Made by a program: the position numbers and the translations under genes. Shown in pieces: positions 37,866-52,090 of a stretch of 64,000 nt of DNA (the first letter of the stretch is position 1; every line of letters starts with the position of its first letter). Where the stretch lies: NCBI RefSeq assembly GCF_004010195.1, contig NC_057720.1, forward strand, positions 19,033,601 through 19,097,600. Reading direction: 5' to 3'. The notes beneath the pieces were generated by a model, which saw nothing but the letters and a program-made list of their open reading frames with translations, searched no databases and was not told where the DNA came from. This DNA comes from Chiloscyllium plagiosum (Eukaryota).

Positions 37866-38712
37866 AGTCATAAAATATACAGCATGGAAATAGACCGTCC
37901 AGTCCAACTTGCCTATGCTGATCAGATATCCTAAATTAATATAGTCCCATTTGCCAGCATTTATCCCATAATCTCTCTTAAACCCTTTCTATTCATGGAT
38001 GTCTTTTGTAATTATAACAGCCTCCAATACTTCCTTTGGCAGCTTCCATACATGCACCAACCTCTGCATGAAAAAGTTGCCCCTTGGGTCCCTTTTTTTA
38101 AATCTTTCCCCCCTTTACCTTTTAAGCCTCTGTTCTCTAGTTTTGGACTCCCCCAACCCTGGGGAAAAGACTTTCCCTATTTACTTTATCCATGCCCCTC
38201 ATGATTTTATAAGGTCATCCCTCAGCCTCTGACATTGCAGGGAAAACAGCCCCAGCCTATTCAGCCTCTCCCAGTAGCTCAAACCCTCCAAACTTGGCAG
38301 CATCTTTGTAAATTTTTTCTGAACTCTTCTAAGTTTCAAAACATCCTTTGTGTAGGAGGGAGACCAGAATTGCATGTAATATTCCAAAAGTGGCCTAACC
38401 AATGTCCCGTACAGCTGCAACGTGACCTCCGGACTCTTATAGTTATTGCACAGACTAATAAAGGTAAGCGCACCAAACGCCACTTACACTATTTATCTAT
38501 TTGCATTTCCACTTCCAAGGAACTATCAACCTTCACTCCAAGATCTTTGTTCAGCAACACTTCCCAGGACCTTAACATTAAGTGTAGAAGTCCTACCCTG
38601 ATTTGCCTTTCCAAAATGTAGCACCTCACATTTATCTAAATTAAACTGTATCTGCCACTCCTCAGCCCATTGATCCATCTGATCAAAATCCTGTTGTTCT
38701 CTGAGATAAGTC
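37866..38712 (-). mobile_element. CR1 3' fragment
   Basis: LYGTLVRPLLEYYMQFWSP; QFNLDKCEVLHFGKANQGR. Confidence 0.88.
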
Positions 38713-38990
38713 CAATGACCCTGGTAATGTTGTGGGACCCACATTCAAATCCTGCCAAAGCAGATAGTGGAACTTGAATTCAATAAATTAGGAGCCTAAC
38801 TGTGTCCATGAAACTATTATTGATTGTCAGAAAAGGCCATCTGGTTCACTAATGTCCAAAGGGAAGTAACTGCAGTCCTTTCCTGGTCTGGCCTGCATGA
38901 GACTCCACAATGATGGCTATGTGGTTAACACTTGGGGATGGATAATAAATGCTGGTCTGGCCAGTGATACCCCATATCCCATTAATGTAT
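38712..38990 (+). mobile_element. Second SINE-like family (identity uncertain)
   Basis: GGGACCCACATTCAAATCC...CCATCTGGTTCACTAATGTCC...GGTCTGGCC; related copies at 47101-47290 (+) and 59205-59455 (-). Confidence 0.6.
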
Positions 38991-40112
38991 TTTTTAAAAT
39001 CAGCTTTCATATTTAGGGCTTCATTATACATGAATTCAGTGAGGATTTATGACCAAAAGTGTATGCTTTTTCAGAATTTTTTTTCTCATTAGCTCAATGT
39101 TCAATATTTTAGTTAATTGGACACTGGTTCGTAGCACATCCTGTTTATAAGGGCAACAGATTCCAGTTCATCATTGTCCCATGCAGATAACTGTTTCATA
39201 CCTTTAAATATAAAATAAATTAATTGCTGCAGACATACCTTCCTGTGTGGTTAGTAAACTGAAGCACTGAGATTTCTGTTGCACTGCTTCAACATAATTG
39301 CTGGAGAAGTGGGCACTCATGAATGTACTGAAAGCCTGCTTTAAATGCAGACCATGTCATACTCCAGGGTGCAAATCAACAATAGGATTAAAGACTCTTT
39401 AAACTTGAATTGTTAAAATTATTCTTCAATCTGCATTTAACTTCACATTTGAACCGAACTTGCTTGTAAATGTTTAGTGGCTCAAGCTGTTGAATTGAAA
39501 TAATCTTTTCCACATGATGAACTCTTTCATCTGATTAATCTGATATTTAATCATGCATTTTGTATTCAGTTGACCAAGACATCCATGAGACATTTTCATA
39601 CTTACCCATTTGATCTTCAGGATATTTTTCTTGAAAATATCACATTCTCCTATGCTGTGTATGAAGCTCGTGCCTTATTAGTCTTGTAAATGTGGAGTAA
39701 AAAAAAAAATCTTGCTTTCAAAACCAGGAGCAAAAAATTCTGAAAAGTAACTTGCTGGACTAAGGCACGCTGCCTTATTCAATGTGTAGTTTTCAATAAG
39801 AACAAAAGGTTGAAGCAGGTAATGACCCTTCTGTCAGTCAAGTTGGCTGAAAATCTGTGTGCCTAAAATGGGTTATTTTCCTTGAAATTAATTGAAGTGT
39901 ACAGTATTCACTTGCTGAATACTGAGACCGATGGATACTTCTGATCTGTATTCATTATATCTCATAGAATAATAGAAAACTATATAAGGATTGCTATCAC
40001 GAGCAATCTGCTGTTCTGTCTGTTGCTTTGTAACTTTTAAGTTTAGTAGCCCAGTGTATGCAGTCATGTTTATCATGTGTGAATGTATCTGAACAGCCAT
40101 ATTTCCAAGTTA

Positions 40113-40256
40113 CAGAGGAACCTTGATTATCTGAAGTGGACACGCATGGAGTATTTTGTTCGGTTTATCGAATTCCGGATAACACAGTTTAGCCAAGCAT
40201 CGAGACGTTGTGATCTTGCTAGATAATCCGTTGTTCGAATAATCGAGGTTCCTCTG
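40113..40256. mobile_element. 144-bp MITE with the same TIR family as 36197-36877
   Basis: TA-CAGAGGAACCTTGATTATCTGAA ... TTCGAATAATCGAGGTTCCTCTG-TA. Confidence 0.88.
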
Positions 40257-41329
40257 TAGTTCTCTTGGGATATGTGCCGACAGTACTTTCAATAATTTTG
40301 CTATTGAGAAAGCTAGAGTTATGTATACTAAGAGTATTCTATGGACGATGAGCTTATTGGATTTCTTTCTCCAAATAAAGTGAATGGTTTTTCTCTCTGT
40401 AATTCCTAATGCTGTCACACCCATGATGATTCTGAAGAACATGTGGTATTTATTAGGAACTGCTGAATTGAAAATGCTGAAATGTAATGGTACAATGGCG
40501 AATAGACTTGAAAAATGCATATTATAAACAACAAGTTGTCAATTGCAAAACAAAGGGCATAGGACAAGGCATTGATTAGTAATTCTTTCCAACAATATTA
40601 ACATTCTGCATTTTGAGTCATTTTAATTTGCTAAAATGATCCTTGTCTGTCTTAATGAGAAATAATTCCTGTTTTCCTTCAGCCCTTTGCAGTGAAGAAT
40701 TGGTTATTTAAATACTGTAAAATATCTGTGCTGGAATCTCCGACAATTCTGATATGGTAAAAGAATCTCAGGAGCTTCTGAACTTCTTTACTTTATTGAT
40801 CCTTTTTCTTAAGCGTGCAGAAAAGTACTTCATTTCTGAGATAATGGTACAAGTCTAATTTGTGTTTATCTAATGGATTTATTTCAAATATGTGAGAACA
40901 GTTTTGAACATTGTGGCGTTTGCATAGTGATTTCTTGTTGCTATTGAATTTTGAGGGTGTGGAAAGATGGTGACCAACTTTATTGGAAGTAACACCAATG
41001 AAAGCAGAATGCTATTCAGTTTTAATTAAACATCTTGGAGCCAGTCCTGTGCATAGCAATGTTTCTCCCTGTGCGCATTGATGAGTAATGGCTACTGAAC
41101 AAACAAAGGAAGGTCATTTGCATCTAAGTGGTTAAGATTTAAAAGTTTGCACTTTTTAAAAGGGAACCTCCCATAGTTTTGATTTTTTTTTCATTAGATT
41201 CCACTTTGAACAGAATTTGTGTATTGAATTTAGTGACTGATTTCAAGAGGTTTTTTTTTGCATAATCTTCATCTATACCTTGTTCTGAAATAAGTAGATA
41301 AGTATATGATCTTTATGAAAAGCTGCAAT

Positions 41330-42215
41330 ACGAATTGGTATGATTCATTCGTACTTGGAGTACTGTGGACAGCATCAGTTTCTTTACTCAAAGGAAGATT
41401 ATACTTGCGGGGGATGGAGTGCACTAGAGCAAAGGTTCACTAGATTGATTCCTCATATAAAGGGATTGTTCTATGACGCAAGAATGAGTAAATTTGGCTC
41501 AACCTCCCTGAAGTTTAGTCAATGAGAGGTGGTCATTATGGAAACATATAAAATGCTTTTTTTTTAAATTCACTGCTGGGATGTGGGAGTCATTGATTAG
41601 AGTGGTGCTGGAAAAACACAGCAGGTCAGGCAGCATCCGAGTCATTGTCTAGCCAGCATTTTATTGTCCGTCCCTAGTTGCTGTTGAGAAGGTGGTAGTG
41701 AGCTGCCTTGAAATGCTGCAGACCACATGCTGCAGGTTGACCCACAATGTCTTTAGGAATGGAGTTCCAGGATTTTGACTTAGTGACAGGGAAGGAATGG
41801 CAATATATTTCCAAGTCAGGATGGCAAATCGCGTGGAGGGAAACCTGCAGTGGGTGGTGTTCCCATGTATCTGCTGCCCTTGTCCTTCAAGATTGAAATG
41901 ACTGTGGGTTTGGAAGGTGTTGTCTAAGGCGTCTTAAGGGTCTCCAGTACGGTCGGTGCTGGAAGGTTGTTTTTTGCCTTTTTTGTGGATATTTAGAACA
42001 ACAGGTCTGAGTCGCAGAATAAAGGCCTCGCCATTTAGGACTGAGACCAGATATTCACTTTAGAGGGTTGTAGATGTTCAGTCAGTGGATGTATTCAGTC
42101 AGAAGTTGAATTTTTGAATATGAATAGAATCAAACAGGTGTGTAGGTAACACCTTGTTGAATGTCTAAGATGACTTGAAGGGCTGAATGGTCTTCTGCTC
42201 CTCCTTTGTTCTAAT
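41330..42215 (+). mobile_element. Old CR1 3' fragment interrupted by a minus-strand repeat (41570-41930) holding a family A piece (41596-41640)
   Basis: ORF 41340-41525 YLEYCGQ...LEQRFTRLIP; GAGTCATTG duplicated at 41587 and 41639. Confidence 0.6.
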
Positions 42216-42487
42216 GACTCAAGCTGTAGAGGCTCAGTGTCTTTTTTTTAAGTTTTAATCACAACAATATATATGTTTTACTACATAGGAAAAGGGTAAT
42301 CTGTAAGCAATTGCGTGCTCCAATACATTATCGTAAGTGTTCTATTGTATCAGTTGGGATCAGCAATGTTTTTTTTTCCCTAGCTACAATCTTGTTACTT
42401 GATGTATGCCAAGAAGAATAACCTACAAATTGAGTACTGTTGTGTTTGAATTAAAAAAAGTGGAATGTGCTTGTGTACATCTGACTT

Positions 42488-42576
42488 TATGATGAAAGGC
42501 TTTTGCTTGAAACATCGATTTTCCTGCTCCTCGATGTGCCTTACCTACTGTGCTTTTCCAGAACCACGCTCTTGAA
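42488..42576 (+). mobile_element. Family A copy, degenerate hammerhead
   Basis: ATGATGA-A-AGGC-TTTT-GCTT-GAAAC-ATC-GATT plus tail. Confidence 0.7.
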
Positions 42577-42589
42577 TTTATTAGCATCA

Positions 42590-43200
42590 GAATTAGAATT
42601 AGCTCCAGCTGGAGTGTCCCACATTTGCCATCTTGGACCGGAATATAAACAGTTGCAGTCCCAGCACTAAATCCTGTGGAACCCCACTGGTTATAAGTCG
42701 ATGTACTACTTCCAACATTGTGGGTTCTTATCTTTTGAGTTTCACACCTTTTTGGAAGTCCAAATATAACACATTTTACTGGTTCCCCTTTATCCACTCT
42801 GGTTGAGACTTCTCGAAAAGCTCTAATAAATTAGTTAGTCAAGATTTCCCTTTCATGAAGTTATGCTAACTTTGCTTGATTAGATTATGATTTTCCAAGT
42901 GTTCTGTTATTACTTCCTTAATAATCAATTCCGCCATTTTTCCAATAATTGATGTTAGGCTAATCAGCCTTTTGTTACCTGCCTTTTGCTGCTTCTCCAT
43001 TTTGAGTAGGGGTATCACATTGACAGTTTTCCAGTCCTTTTGGCAGGTCTTCATTACAACCAATGCATCTGCTATCTCTGCTACTTTTAGGATCCTAGAA
43101 TGCAAGCCATTAGTATTCTTTAGAATTAATGAGATATTCAAAGTATCTTCCACCATAAAGATTGGCGCAAAAATCTGTTTAACTTTTTCTCCCATTTGAC
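42590..43200 (-). mobile_element. Old CR1 RT fragment
   Basis: DWKTVNVIPLLK...AGNKRLISLTSIIGKMAE. Confidence 0.75.
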
Positions 43201-43493
43201 TATAGGATGATCCCAGATTGCTTCACTGTGATGCTGGCGACAGGGCATTCTTTCCAGACTGTTTCAGTGTTGCAGTGCACTGTGGCAGCAGTAATACACT
43301 GCAGCAGCTCTGTGAGTAATTCCAACAATCCCTCCAAATGAGAATGACGGGGCCAGCAATATTATGGAAGCCTTGTTCAATTAGCTTCCACTCAATCAAA
43401 CATTATGCGATCTTCCAATATCTGTTTCATATCCTTCATTCTGATAGTTCAAAATATGGAATTCCCTAACACCAGCATGATAGTGTTGTATAT

Positions 43494-43851
43494 CATAGAA
43501 TCCTAGAATCCCTACAGAGTGGAAACAGGCTTCTCAGCCCAACAAGTCCACACCGACACTCCAAAGAGTAACCCACCCAGACCCATTCTCTTACCCTATC
43601 ATTCTACATTTAGCCCTGACTACTGCATCATACCTGCACATTTCTGAACACTATGGGCAATTTAGCTCGGCCAATTCACCTAACCTGCACATCTTTGGAC
43701 TGTGGGAGGAAACCAGAGCATTCGGAGGAAACCCACGCAGGCACTGGGAGAGTGTGCAAACTCCACACAAACAGTCGCCCGAGGCTGGAATCAAACCTGG
43801 GTCCCTGGCACTGTAAGGCAGCAGTGCTAACCACTGAGCCGCTGTGCGACC
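43494..43851 (-). mobile_element. HE1-type SINE, full length
   Basis: Head, V-domain and tail in reverse complement. Confidence 0.88.
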
Positions 43852-45919
43852 CAAAAATGCTCTGTTAATTGAGTGTGCATGTATGCATGCTGCAGTTGAG
43901 ATTTTAAGAGCAGTTACTACTAATTGTGGAAAAGGTAAAGTAAATGTTCTAAGAACCAATAGAGGATCTTTTGGCACGATGATAGCATCTGACTTTGGTC
44001 TAGTTCCTGCACCTCTATGGTGTAGGGTCCTCATTCACTTTCTTACCCTGAGTAAATGGTATCCGCCAGGAATGGCCTGAGAGTACAGGCACAATGTTGA
44101 CTACTAGAATGTAATGGAGTATAGGTCTGTGTTTGGGAGAAAAGGCAGTACACTGATTTGTGGTGACAACATGCAACTTCCACAAACCACTCTGATACCA
44201 CTCCTGACGTTGCCAATGCACACTGTTCAAATGAAAATGGTGATGGAAAATGGAATAACAGGCCCTACTGCACAGCTGTGTGCAGTCATGATAATGATGG
44301 ACCTGATGGTCTACTCCTCCCATTTTCTTTGTCACATTAAATCTAATGCAACAATGAATTGACCATGTAATTCAGAACTGATAGTTGTACATTGTTCAAT
44401 ACATACACTGACGTCAGTCTAGAATCTATAGTATAATAGTGGCCTCATTCAATTTTTTTCAAATTGTATGAATGTGCAAATTTAGTGTTTTGAATAGGAA
44501 TATAAACCTAGAATTAATTTGAACACTTTGAGTGTAATTTTGGTAATTGTCTAGTACTAGCTGCATCATATTGCTCGATATGTCAAAACAAAACATAGCT
44601 TGTAGCCAGAGCTTTGTTATCACCGAACAGTTTTTGTGCTTTTCTCAAAAAAAGTGAAAGTATATTCAAAAAATAATATCTATGTATGAGGGTGAAATTT
44701 GAAAGAATAGTATTTATTTCTTGTGATGGCAAATCTTTCGTAAAAGTCCTAATTGCTGTAAAGTGTGGAGATCAATTTCTCCTTTGATTTGAATAGAATT
44801 CTCATTTTTAATAAATATTACCTAGTTTATAAACTATTTTGTGTAAAAGAGAATTCTTGGGATGTCAAATATAGAATGCATGACAATATTTTTCTTAGAA
44901 ACTATGTATTTTCACTGTTTTTCAAGACAACATTCTTGTCATGGTTCTTTGAAAGTACGAGGAAATTGGTTTGGATACACATTAGATTTTGGATATAAAA
45001 TTCAAGTAAAAGGTCCAGTTATACAATAAATAATAAGTACAAGCTCATTTTTCATGCAAACATCGGAGTGTAACTTTACTGCAAGCTCTGATCTGGTGGC
45101 TTTTATGAATAGAAATGAGATTTGCAATCTCTCGAGAGTCCTTTTGACAACGATGGGAATGTTTAATGCATTTTGATTTAATTTCTTGTTTGTGCTTTTT
45201 TCCTCAAAATAAAATTTGAATTATGAAAAAATGTTCAACATAATTTTGAACGATCTAAATTGTCATGAATTTCTGCTTTTCACCAGTATGACCCTAATGG
45301 CAAACCTGAATTGTGTAACAACATTTTGCTTACCAATGCATGCTTCAAAATGTGATTTCATTGCAGCTCAGTGCAATTAAATTGAATCCGCTAAATTGAT
45401 GTTGCTCCTTGTTTTGATGAGGCCACCCCCATGTCCTGTGGATGACTTGAACCTTAAATTATGGATATATTTGCATTGATCTACATAAAATTGTATTTGG
45501 TACAAAGAGTATTTTTGTATTTGTATTTTAAATGATAGACAAGATGTGAATCAAGAGTAGTTTATGATTATGCTCTTTATTCATCCTTATTTGAAATACA
45601 TATGCATCATGAGAATCTAGGCTATTCCGTTTGATTTTCTGCCATCTTAACTAGTATGCACAACATTATGAATGTTTTGTACTTTTAGTATTTTTCCAGT
45701 GAATTCCAGTAATTTTCAAAACTACTTAGGGTGGAGCATTCACAAAATTGTTTCCATGTGCAATTCAGCATTGTACCAATTTCTTATTATTCATGGAGAA
45801 TTTACCGTGATTTGTTACCCTTCCAGGATATCAATACAAAGTCCTAAATAATATCTACAGATTCCATTGTTAAATTACATTTGATTGTGATGCATTAGTG
45901 GGCAAAATATTGACGTGAA

Positions 45920-46135
45920 GTAAATAGTCGCCATAGTCCCACCAGACTATAGGACTACTTTCGCGTTGGAAAGATACGACTGATGGTGGTTTAAACTGAG
46001 GGTCATCATACCTCAGGCCAGGTTGAGAAGGGGAACCCTTTATGGTAATCTCAGTTTGTTTGGGAATTGAACCCATGCTGTTGACATGACACTGTATTGC
46101 AAACCAGCTATCCAGCCAACCGAGCTAACTGACCC
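45920..46135 (-). mobile_element. Third tRNA-derived SINE
   Basis: Minus strand begins GGGTCAGTTAGCTCGGTTGG (A box), then GGTTCAATTCCC (B box), then an unrelated body. Confidence 0.65.
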
Positions 46136-47507
46136 AAAGAAGTAAATACCTACAATTAGTTGGCCACTATGTTTATAAGGGACAGATTTAAATAGTTCAA
46201 ATAGTCCATCTGATAAGACAGGGCTGTGGGAAAAACTATACATTCTGTAAGATGCTGAATCCACAAATTAGTGTAAGAATGTCATTATTCCCTACCTGGG
46301 CTTACCCATGTAGAATGGGCAGTTGGATAAGATAGCAGGATGTAGGCACCTCTACAGCTCATTAATTCTGAATCATTTGCTTTTACAGTCAAAATAATAA
46401 GCTGGCAGGAATCATTTGTATTTGGTATGAGGTAAGTACATAATTAAAGCAAGATGACATGCCTGCCTCTCAATATCTGCTCCAGTTTCTAGTTATTAGT
46501 CTTTACAGATGTTTTGATATTTAGTGTCTGAAGCTATGTTATTCAATTTGTCAGTACTGTATAACAAAGTCTGTTGTTTCAGCTTCTAGTTCAGAGCAGA
46601 GAATGTTTCAGATAAGCCACAAAGTCCAAATAAAGTTTCCTTTCCTGACTGTACAGATCAAAAGCCATTTGTGAACACTGATATGGAAATGGATTAATTA
46701 AAGCCCTGAAGCTATGATGTCTATAAAAATCTTTGGCCATATTACTCCTTCATTTCTCAGGCAGACTTGGAAGTCTTTACCCTATGTCTACTGCACTGCA
46801 AGTGCAAACAGTTAATTTAAGAAAGACGTGTTTTCCTATTATTAGTTAAGAATTGAAGTGCATGTTTACAACTTTTCAGTGCCTTGTCTCTCACCAAGTC
46901 TGTAACTTCCTGCACACCTATTCGTTTCTCTTCCCTCTGTGCATCATTTGCTTTTGATCTGTCAGTGACTGTTGTGCTTTCAGCTGTGAACTCTGCACTT
47001 CTGAACTCTGCCTCAAAACCTACATAATTTCCAGGTTTCATATCTCCAGAATGTGCTTCTTCCTCGGTTTTCCAAAATGTTAAAGTCCACAGGAGTATGG
47101 AGAGGCAGTGGTGTCATAGTTATGTAACTGGACTATTAGTCTAAAAGCAGAGGTTGCGGACCATACTAGATGATAAGATTTGATTCCAATAAAACTCTGG
47201 AATTTAAAAAGCTTAAATCTGGTTCATTAATTACCCTTTTACAGAAGGAAATCTGTCATCCTGACTTGCAAGTGGGCCTACAAGTGGGCAGTAAGAGTGA
47301 GGCAGTAAGTGCTGCCCTGACTCCAAGAATAAATTTTAAAAAGTTACTTGCAAATCTGACAGGATGGAAAACAAATGTTATTTGGTTAGCTGATTGCCCT
47401 TTGCCCTTTCCTTGGACTTCGTTAGGGTGGGGCAGGATGACCAGAATCTGGACATTTTCTATCCCTGTTGAAGTTGAACATTAAACCCCAGCTAAGGGCA
47501 AGCAATA

Positions 47508-48450
47508 GTCATAGAGATGTACAGCATGGAAACAGACCTTTTTGATCCATCCCATCCATGCCGACCAGATATGCCAACCCAATCTAGTCCCACCTGCCAG
47601 CACCTGGCCCATGTCCCTCCAAAAACCTTCCGATTCACATACCCATCCAGATGCCTTTTAAATGTTGCAATTGTACTAGCCTCCACCACTTCCTCTGACA
47701 GCCCATTCCATACACGTACCACCCTCTGATTGAAAAAATTGCCCCTTGGGTCTCTTTTTATATCTTTCCCTCTCACCCTAAACCTATGCCCTCTAGTTCT
47801 GGACTCCCCCACCCCAGGGAAAAGACTTTTGTCTATTTATCCTATCCATGCCCCTCATGATTTTGTAAACCTCTATAAGGTCACCCCTCAGCCTCTGACG
47901 CTCCAGGGAAAACAGCCCCAGCCTATCAACCTCTCCATATAGCTCAAATCCACCAACCCTGGCAAAACCCTTGTAAATCTTTTCTGAACCCTTTCAAGTT
48001 TCACAACATCTTTCTGATAGGAAGGAAACCAGAATTGCACGCAATATTCCAACAGTGGCCTAACCAGTGTCCTGTACAGCTGCAACATGACCTCCCAACT
48101 CCTGTGCTTAATACTCTGACCAATAAAGGAAAGCATACCAAACACCACCTTCACTATCCTATCTACCTGTGACTCTACTTTCAAGGAGCTATGAATCTGC
48201 ACTCCAAGGTCTCTTTGTTCAGCAACACTCCCTAGGACCTTACCATTAAGTGTATAAGTCCTGCTAAGATTTGCTTTCCCAAAATGCAAAACCTCATATT
48301 TATCTGAATTAAACTCCATCTGCCACTTCTCAGCCCATTGGCCCACCTGATCACAATCCCGTTGTAATCTGAGGTAACCTTCTTCGGTGTCCACTATACC
48401 TCCAATTTTGGTGTCATCTGCAAACTTACTAACTATACCTCTTATGCTCA
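47508..48450 (-). mobile_element. CR1 RT C-terminus and 3' end
   Basis: 187-aa [14 protein letters not shown]...LVRPLLEYCVQFW. Confidence 0.92.
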
Positions 48451-48627
48451 CTCATTCTGAGCAAATAAAAATGTATGCATGGAGCAGGGAAAGTAATAAT
48501 TGTTGTGAATCAGTGATTCCTTGTTCACTGCCTTTTGAAATAGCTTTTTACCTAGGGTTGGGAAGCTGAAGAAAATTCATCCCCTCTCCATTCTTTTCAT
48601 TTATTCCGTGCCTAGTCCCAACAGAAT

Positions 48628-48651
48628 GTCTCTGTCTCTGTCTCTGTCTCT
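48628..48651. repeat. (TGTCTC)n microsatellite
   Basis: About four tandem hexamers. Confidence 0.8.
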
Positions 48652-51289
48652 ATTCTTCCACATACATTTGGTCATTGGGCAATTATTGAAGCCATAAGAA
48701 AGGCATATTGGATGCATCATATACTAACATAAAAGATTAGCAAATTTTTAAAAAATGCTTATTTTATTGACAAAATTTAGAGGAATGCACTAATTTGTTT
48801 ACTGAAATGTCTGAATATTGTACTTTTAAAATTGTTAAATGATCTGATTCATTTCTTGTGTAATGCAGGATGTGCAGGTTTCTTTTTAGAAAGACAGACA
48901 GCTAAGAGTCTGTTTACTCAAGTACTTAAATCATCAATCATTCCATCCACAGCAATTTCAAGATGATGTCAGCAAATTGATCCCAACTTTAGTAAATGAA
49001 TACCATGCTTGAATTGCCTCTACAGAGCGTTCCTAGGCAGATCCAATTCTCTGGTAAATAATATTGGGGCAAATAGTGTTTTACCTGGCCAATTATTCTA
49101 GCGAGTACTTTGCTTCCAAGTCTGAATGTTTGCATTATGCTTATTTCTTATTCAAAAGCATATTTGAGCAAAACTGGCCTCCTCTTTCCCCACCTAATGC
49201 ACTTTAGGTGTAGCTACTCTCACATTGTAGTGGTACATGGCAGCAGCTCACCATTACTTTCACAAGGGTAATTAGTCCTGGGCAATAAATGCTGATACCC
49301 ACATCCCAGGAGTAAAATAAACCGTAGAGACGAACCTGAATAAACTATCAACACTTCTCATGGCATTTTGCATACTCTTTGTAAGAAGAGTATGAAGACC
49401 CAAAATAAACAGTATATGAATTAGTAGTGCCATCTGTCATTGTAGTTGAAGTTCCAAATTTATATGTAAAATGATGTAAAATTGATAAAGATTCATTTAG
49501 TATTGCCTATACAAACTGCAATTTCAAGATATCATGACTAAGTTTGTTTCTCATTAAACCTACTGTGATATTTCTGCTGTCAATTGTAGTAAGTTGAGAC
49601 CCTGGGGTTCTTACTGGCTGAGATCATGTCTTTACTTATTCATGAGCAGCAAGAGAATAGGTTCGATATTAAACTGAGTAGAACATATTGTCTGGCACAA
49701 GACCTGGAGATCACCAATGCAAACTACCATGAGGAAAATATAATATAAATGAATTAATCTGCTATTACTAATGCAGGCTAGAAGAAAGTCATATTGATTT
49801 TTTTTTTAAAAATGTTCTGAAAACTGGCTGTGGCCATTAGCAAAATAAGATTTGCGTTCTGGACAGGTAGAATGCAGAATCCTGTAGCCAGCAGATGCAA
49901 AAAATAATTACCTGGAAATGAAACATGTTTTTTGTGTATTATTCTAAGATGGAAATGATAAAACAAGAAACCATAGGTTTGAGCCTATAACTGACAATAC
50001 AGGGTCAACTATACCTTCTCCACAACCATCCCCCTTCCTCACAACAGTGGATGCTATTATTTTTAAAAACTGCAGTTGCATTGTTTGAACAATGTGGAAT
50101 ATCTAATTCAATGGCCGAATCATTTCTTGTAATTATTACAAGATGAAGCTGGAAACACTGCATCTAGTTAATAATGGCATTCTTATGATGGCATAACCAA
50201 GACGCACTTGATGAACCCAGCTGCTGAAATGATAAATTTGACGGATTTTAAGCCTTTTAATTGTGGTTCAAATTATCCATGTAGAATTATGACATCAAAT
50301 AAAATGTGGCGTGTTGTTTTCATTAGAATTACCTTGTGATTTGTTCTCACACTTTAATATGGTGTCCACCTATGTCAACTGTGGATAAGCGAACCTGCAT
50401 TTTGGTGAGATATTTTAAAAACTTCAATGGTTGACTCGCTTATTGTGAACTTTGGTAAATGTCATACTCTATAATGCTAGTAGATGTTAAATTAAACAAA
50501 TTATTTTCAAGGAATTTTTTAAAAGACCTTTACCACGAATTTTTTCCTTGATCCAATGATGTTTTGAATATAAAATATACTGTACAAAATAATAGCACAT
50601 AGCCCTTCTGAATGGTGTAGAAGTGTTCCCTGACTAGGATCCATGCCTTCATTACAGAGAGTTCTAATCAAGATGAAATGGAACTAATTTTCAGAAGTGT
50701 TAAGTGATTAACCTTTTGAGGCAGGGATATCAAATTTAATTATCCATCATGAGCAATGCCACTTAGATCAGACTGATGTTTTCAGACACAAAGGCATGAT
50801 CTCATATTCTACAACTTTAAGAGGCGCTGTTAATTTGAAAATAGCATCTTTCTCTGGCTTTATGTAGTCTCAACCCTGGGTCATTGCCCATGATTAACAT
50901 TTTAACAAAATTAGCTTGATCTTTTATGTGCAACATCTGTCATGTAAGAGATATTCATGTTCCTAAGGATCACAGAGTCCTTGGTAAAACTTGAATTTAA
51001 ATGATTTGGAGATACCGGTGTTGGACTCAGGTGTACAAAGTTAAAAATCACAGTAGTCCTGGTACAACCTGGTGTTGTGTGATTTTTAAATTTAAATGGA
51101 CTGACAGAACATTATAAATGTAAAATTAATTAGTAAACCATGAAATAAAAATATTGCTGTCAGCTAGATAGAATGTAGCTATGCCTAAAGGACAGTTCAA
51201 TTATTTTACATGAAAGGTGCCATTGAAATGTGTTGGAATTTTTGATCAAGATCACCTGTCACAAAGGTGAGATTATTTTGAGACTAGAA

Positions 51290-51577
51290 TATTAGATTAG
51301 ATTACTTACAGTGTGGAAACAGGCCACACCGACCCGCCAAAGCGCAACCCACCCAGACCTATTCCCCTACATTTACTCCTTCACCTAACACTATGGGCAA
51401 TTTAGCATGGCCAATTCATCTAATCTGCACATTTTTGGACTGTGGGAGGAAACCGGAGCACCCGGAGGAAACCCACGGGGAGAATGTGCAAACTCCACAC
51501 GTTCAGTCGCCTGAGGCGGGAATTGAACCTGGGTCTCTGGATCTGTGAGGCAGCAGTGCTAACCACTGTGCCACCCA
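51290..51577 (-). mobile_element. HE1-type SINE
   Basis: (ATTAG)n tail through GTGCTAACCACTGTGCCACC. Confidence 0.9.
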
Positions 51578-51880
51578 CTCGGATTGGATGTTGAAGTTGA
51601 ACCTATACTAGAGCACATGAAGTTGATTGATTAATTACTTAAACTTTACTAATTGCATCCACTTAACTACAAAACGTGGGAAATTGGATATCTATTTGTC
51701 CATACTGTGAACACAAGTACAAATAAAATTGAGCTGAGTAGGATATGCAAAATCAGATAAAATGACTACGCTCCCTGTAGAATTTTCCAAGGAACTATCT
51801 TCGTGGCTTCGTACGATGAAGCTGCGTCATAGGAAATTCAATCCAGAAGTTTGAAATAGTGTTTATTGAAACCCTAAGAT

Positions 51881-52090
51881 CAGGGCTTCCCAAACCTTTT
51901 TCCTACTGCCAGCTATTTTGAGGCTTGAAAATTGCCATGATCCCTCAATGAGAAGTTAGGAGGTGGGTATAGAGAGAAGACAACTTGTGGGGGTGGGGGA
52001 TGATTCTGCTTCAGTCATTGGTGTTGTGAACTTGACATCAAAATCTTAGCTTGCGAACCCACCTGGTGTCCCAACCCTCACTTTGCTTCT
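51881..52090. mobile_element. Possible hAT-type MITE remnant
   Basis: Starts CAGGGCTTCCCAAACCTTTT; matching right TIR not found. Confidence 0.3.

Noticed and set aside
46817..47041. Protein-like 74-aa minus ORF
   Set aside because: No recognisable domain or convincing splice sites; cannot be supported as coding.
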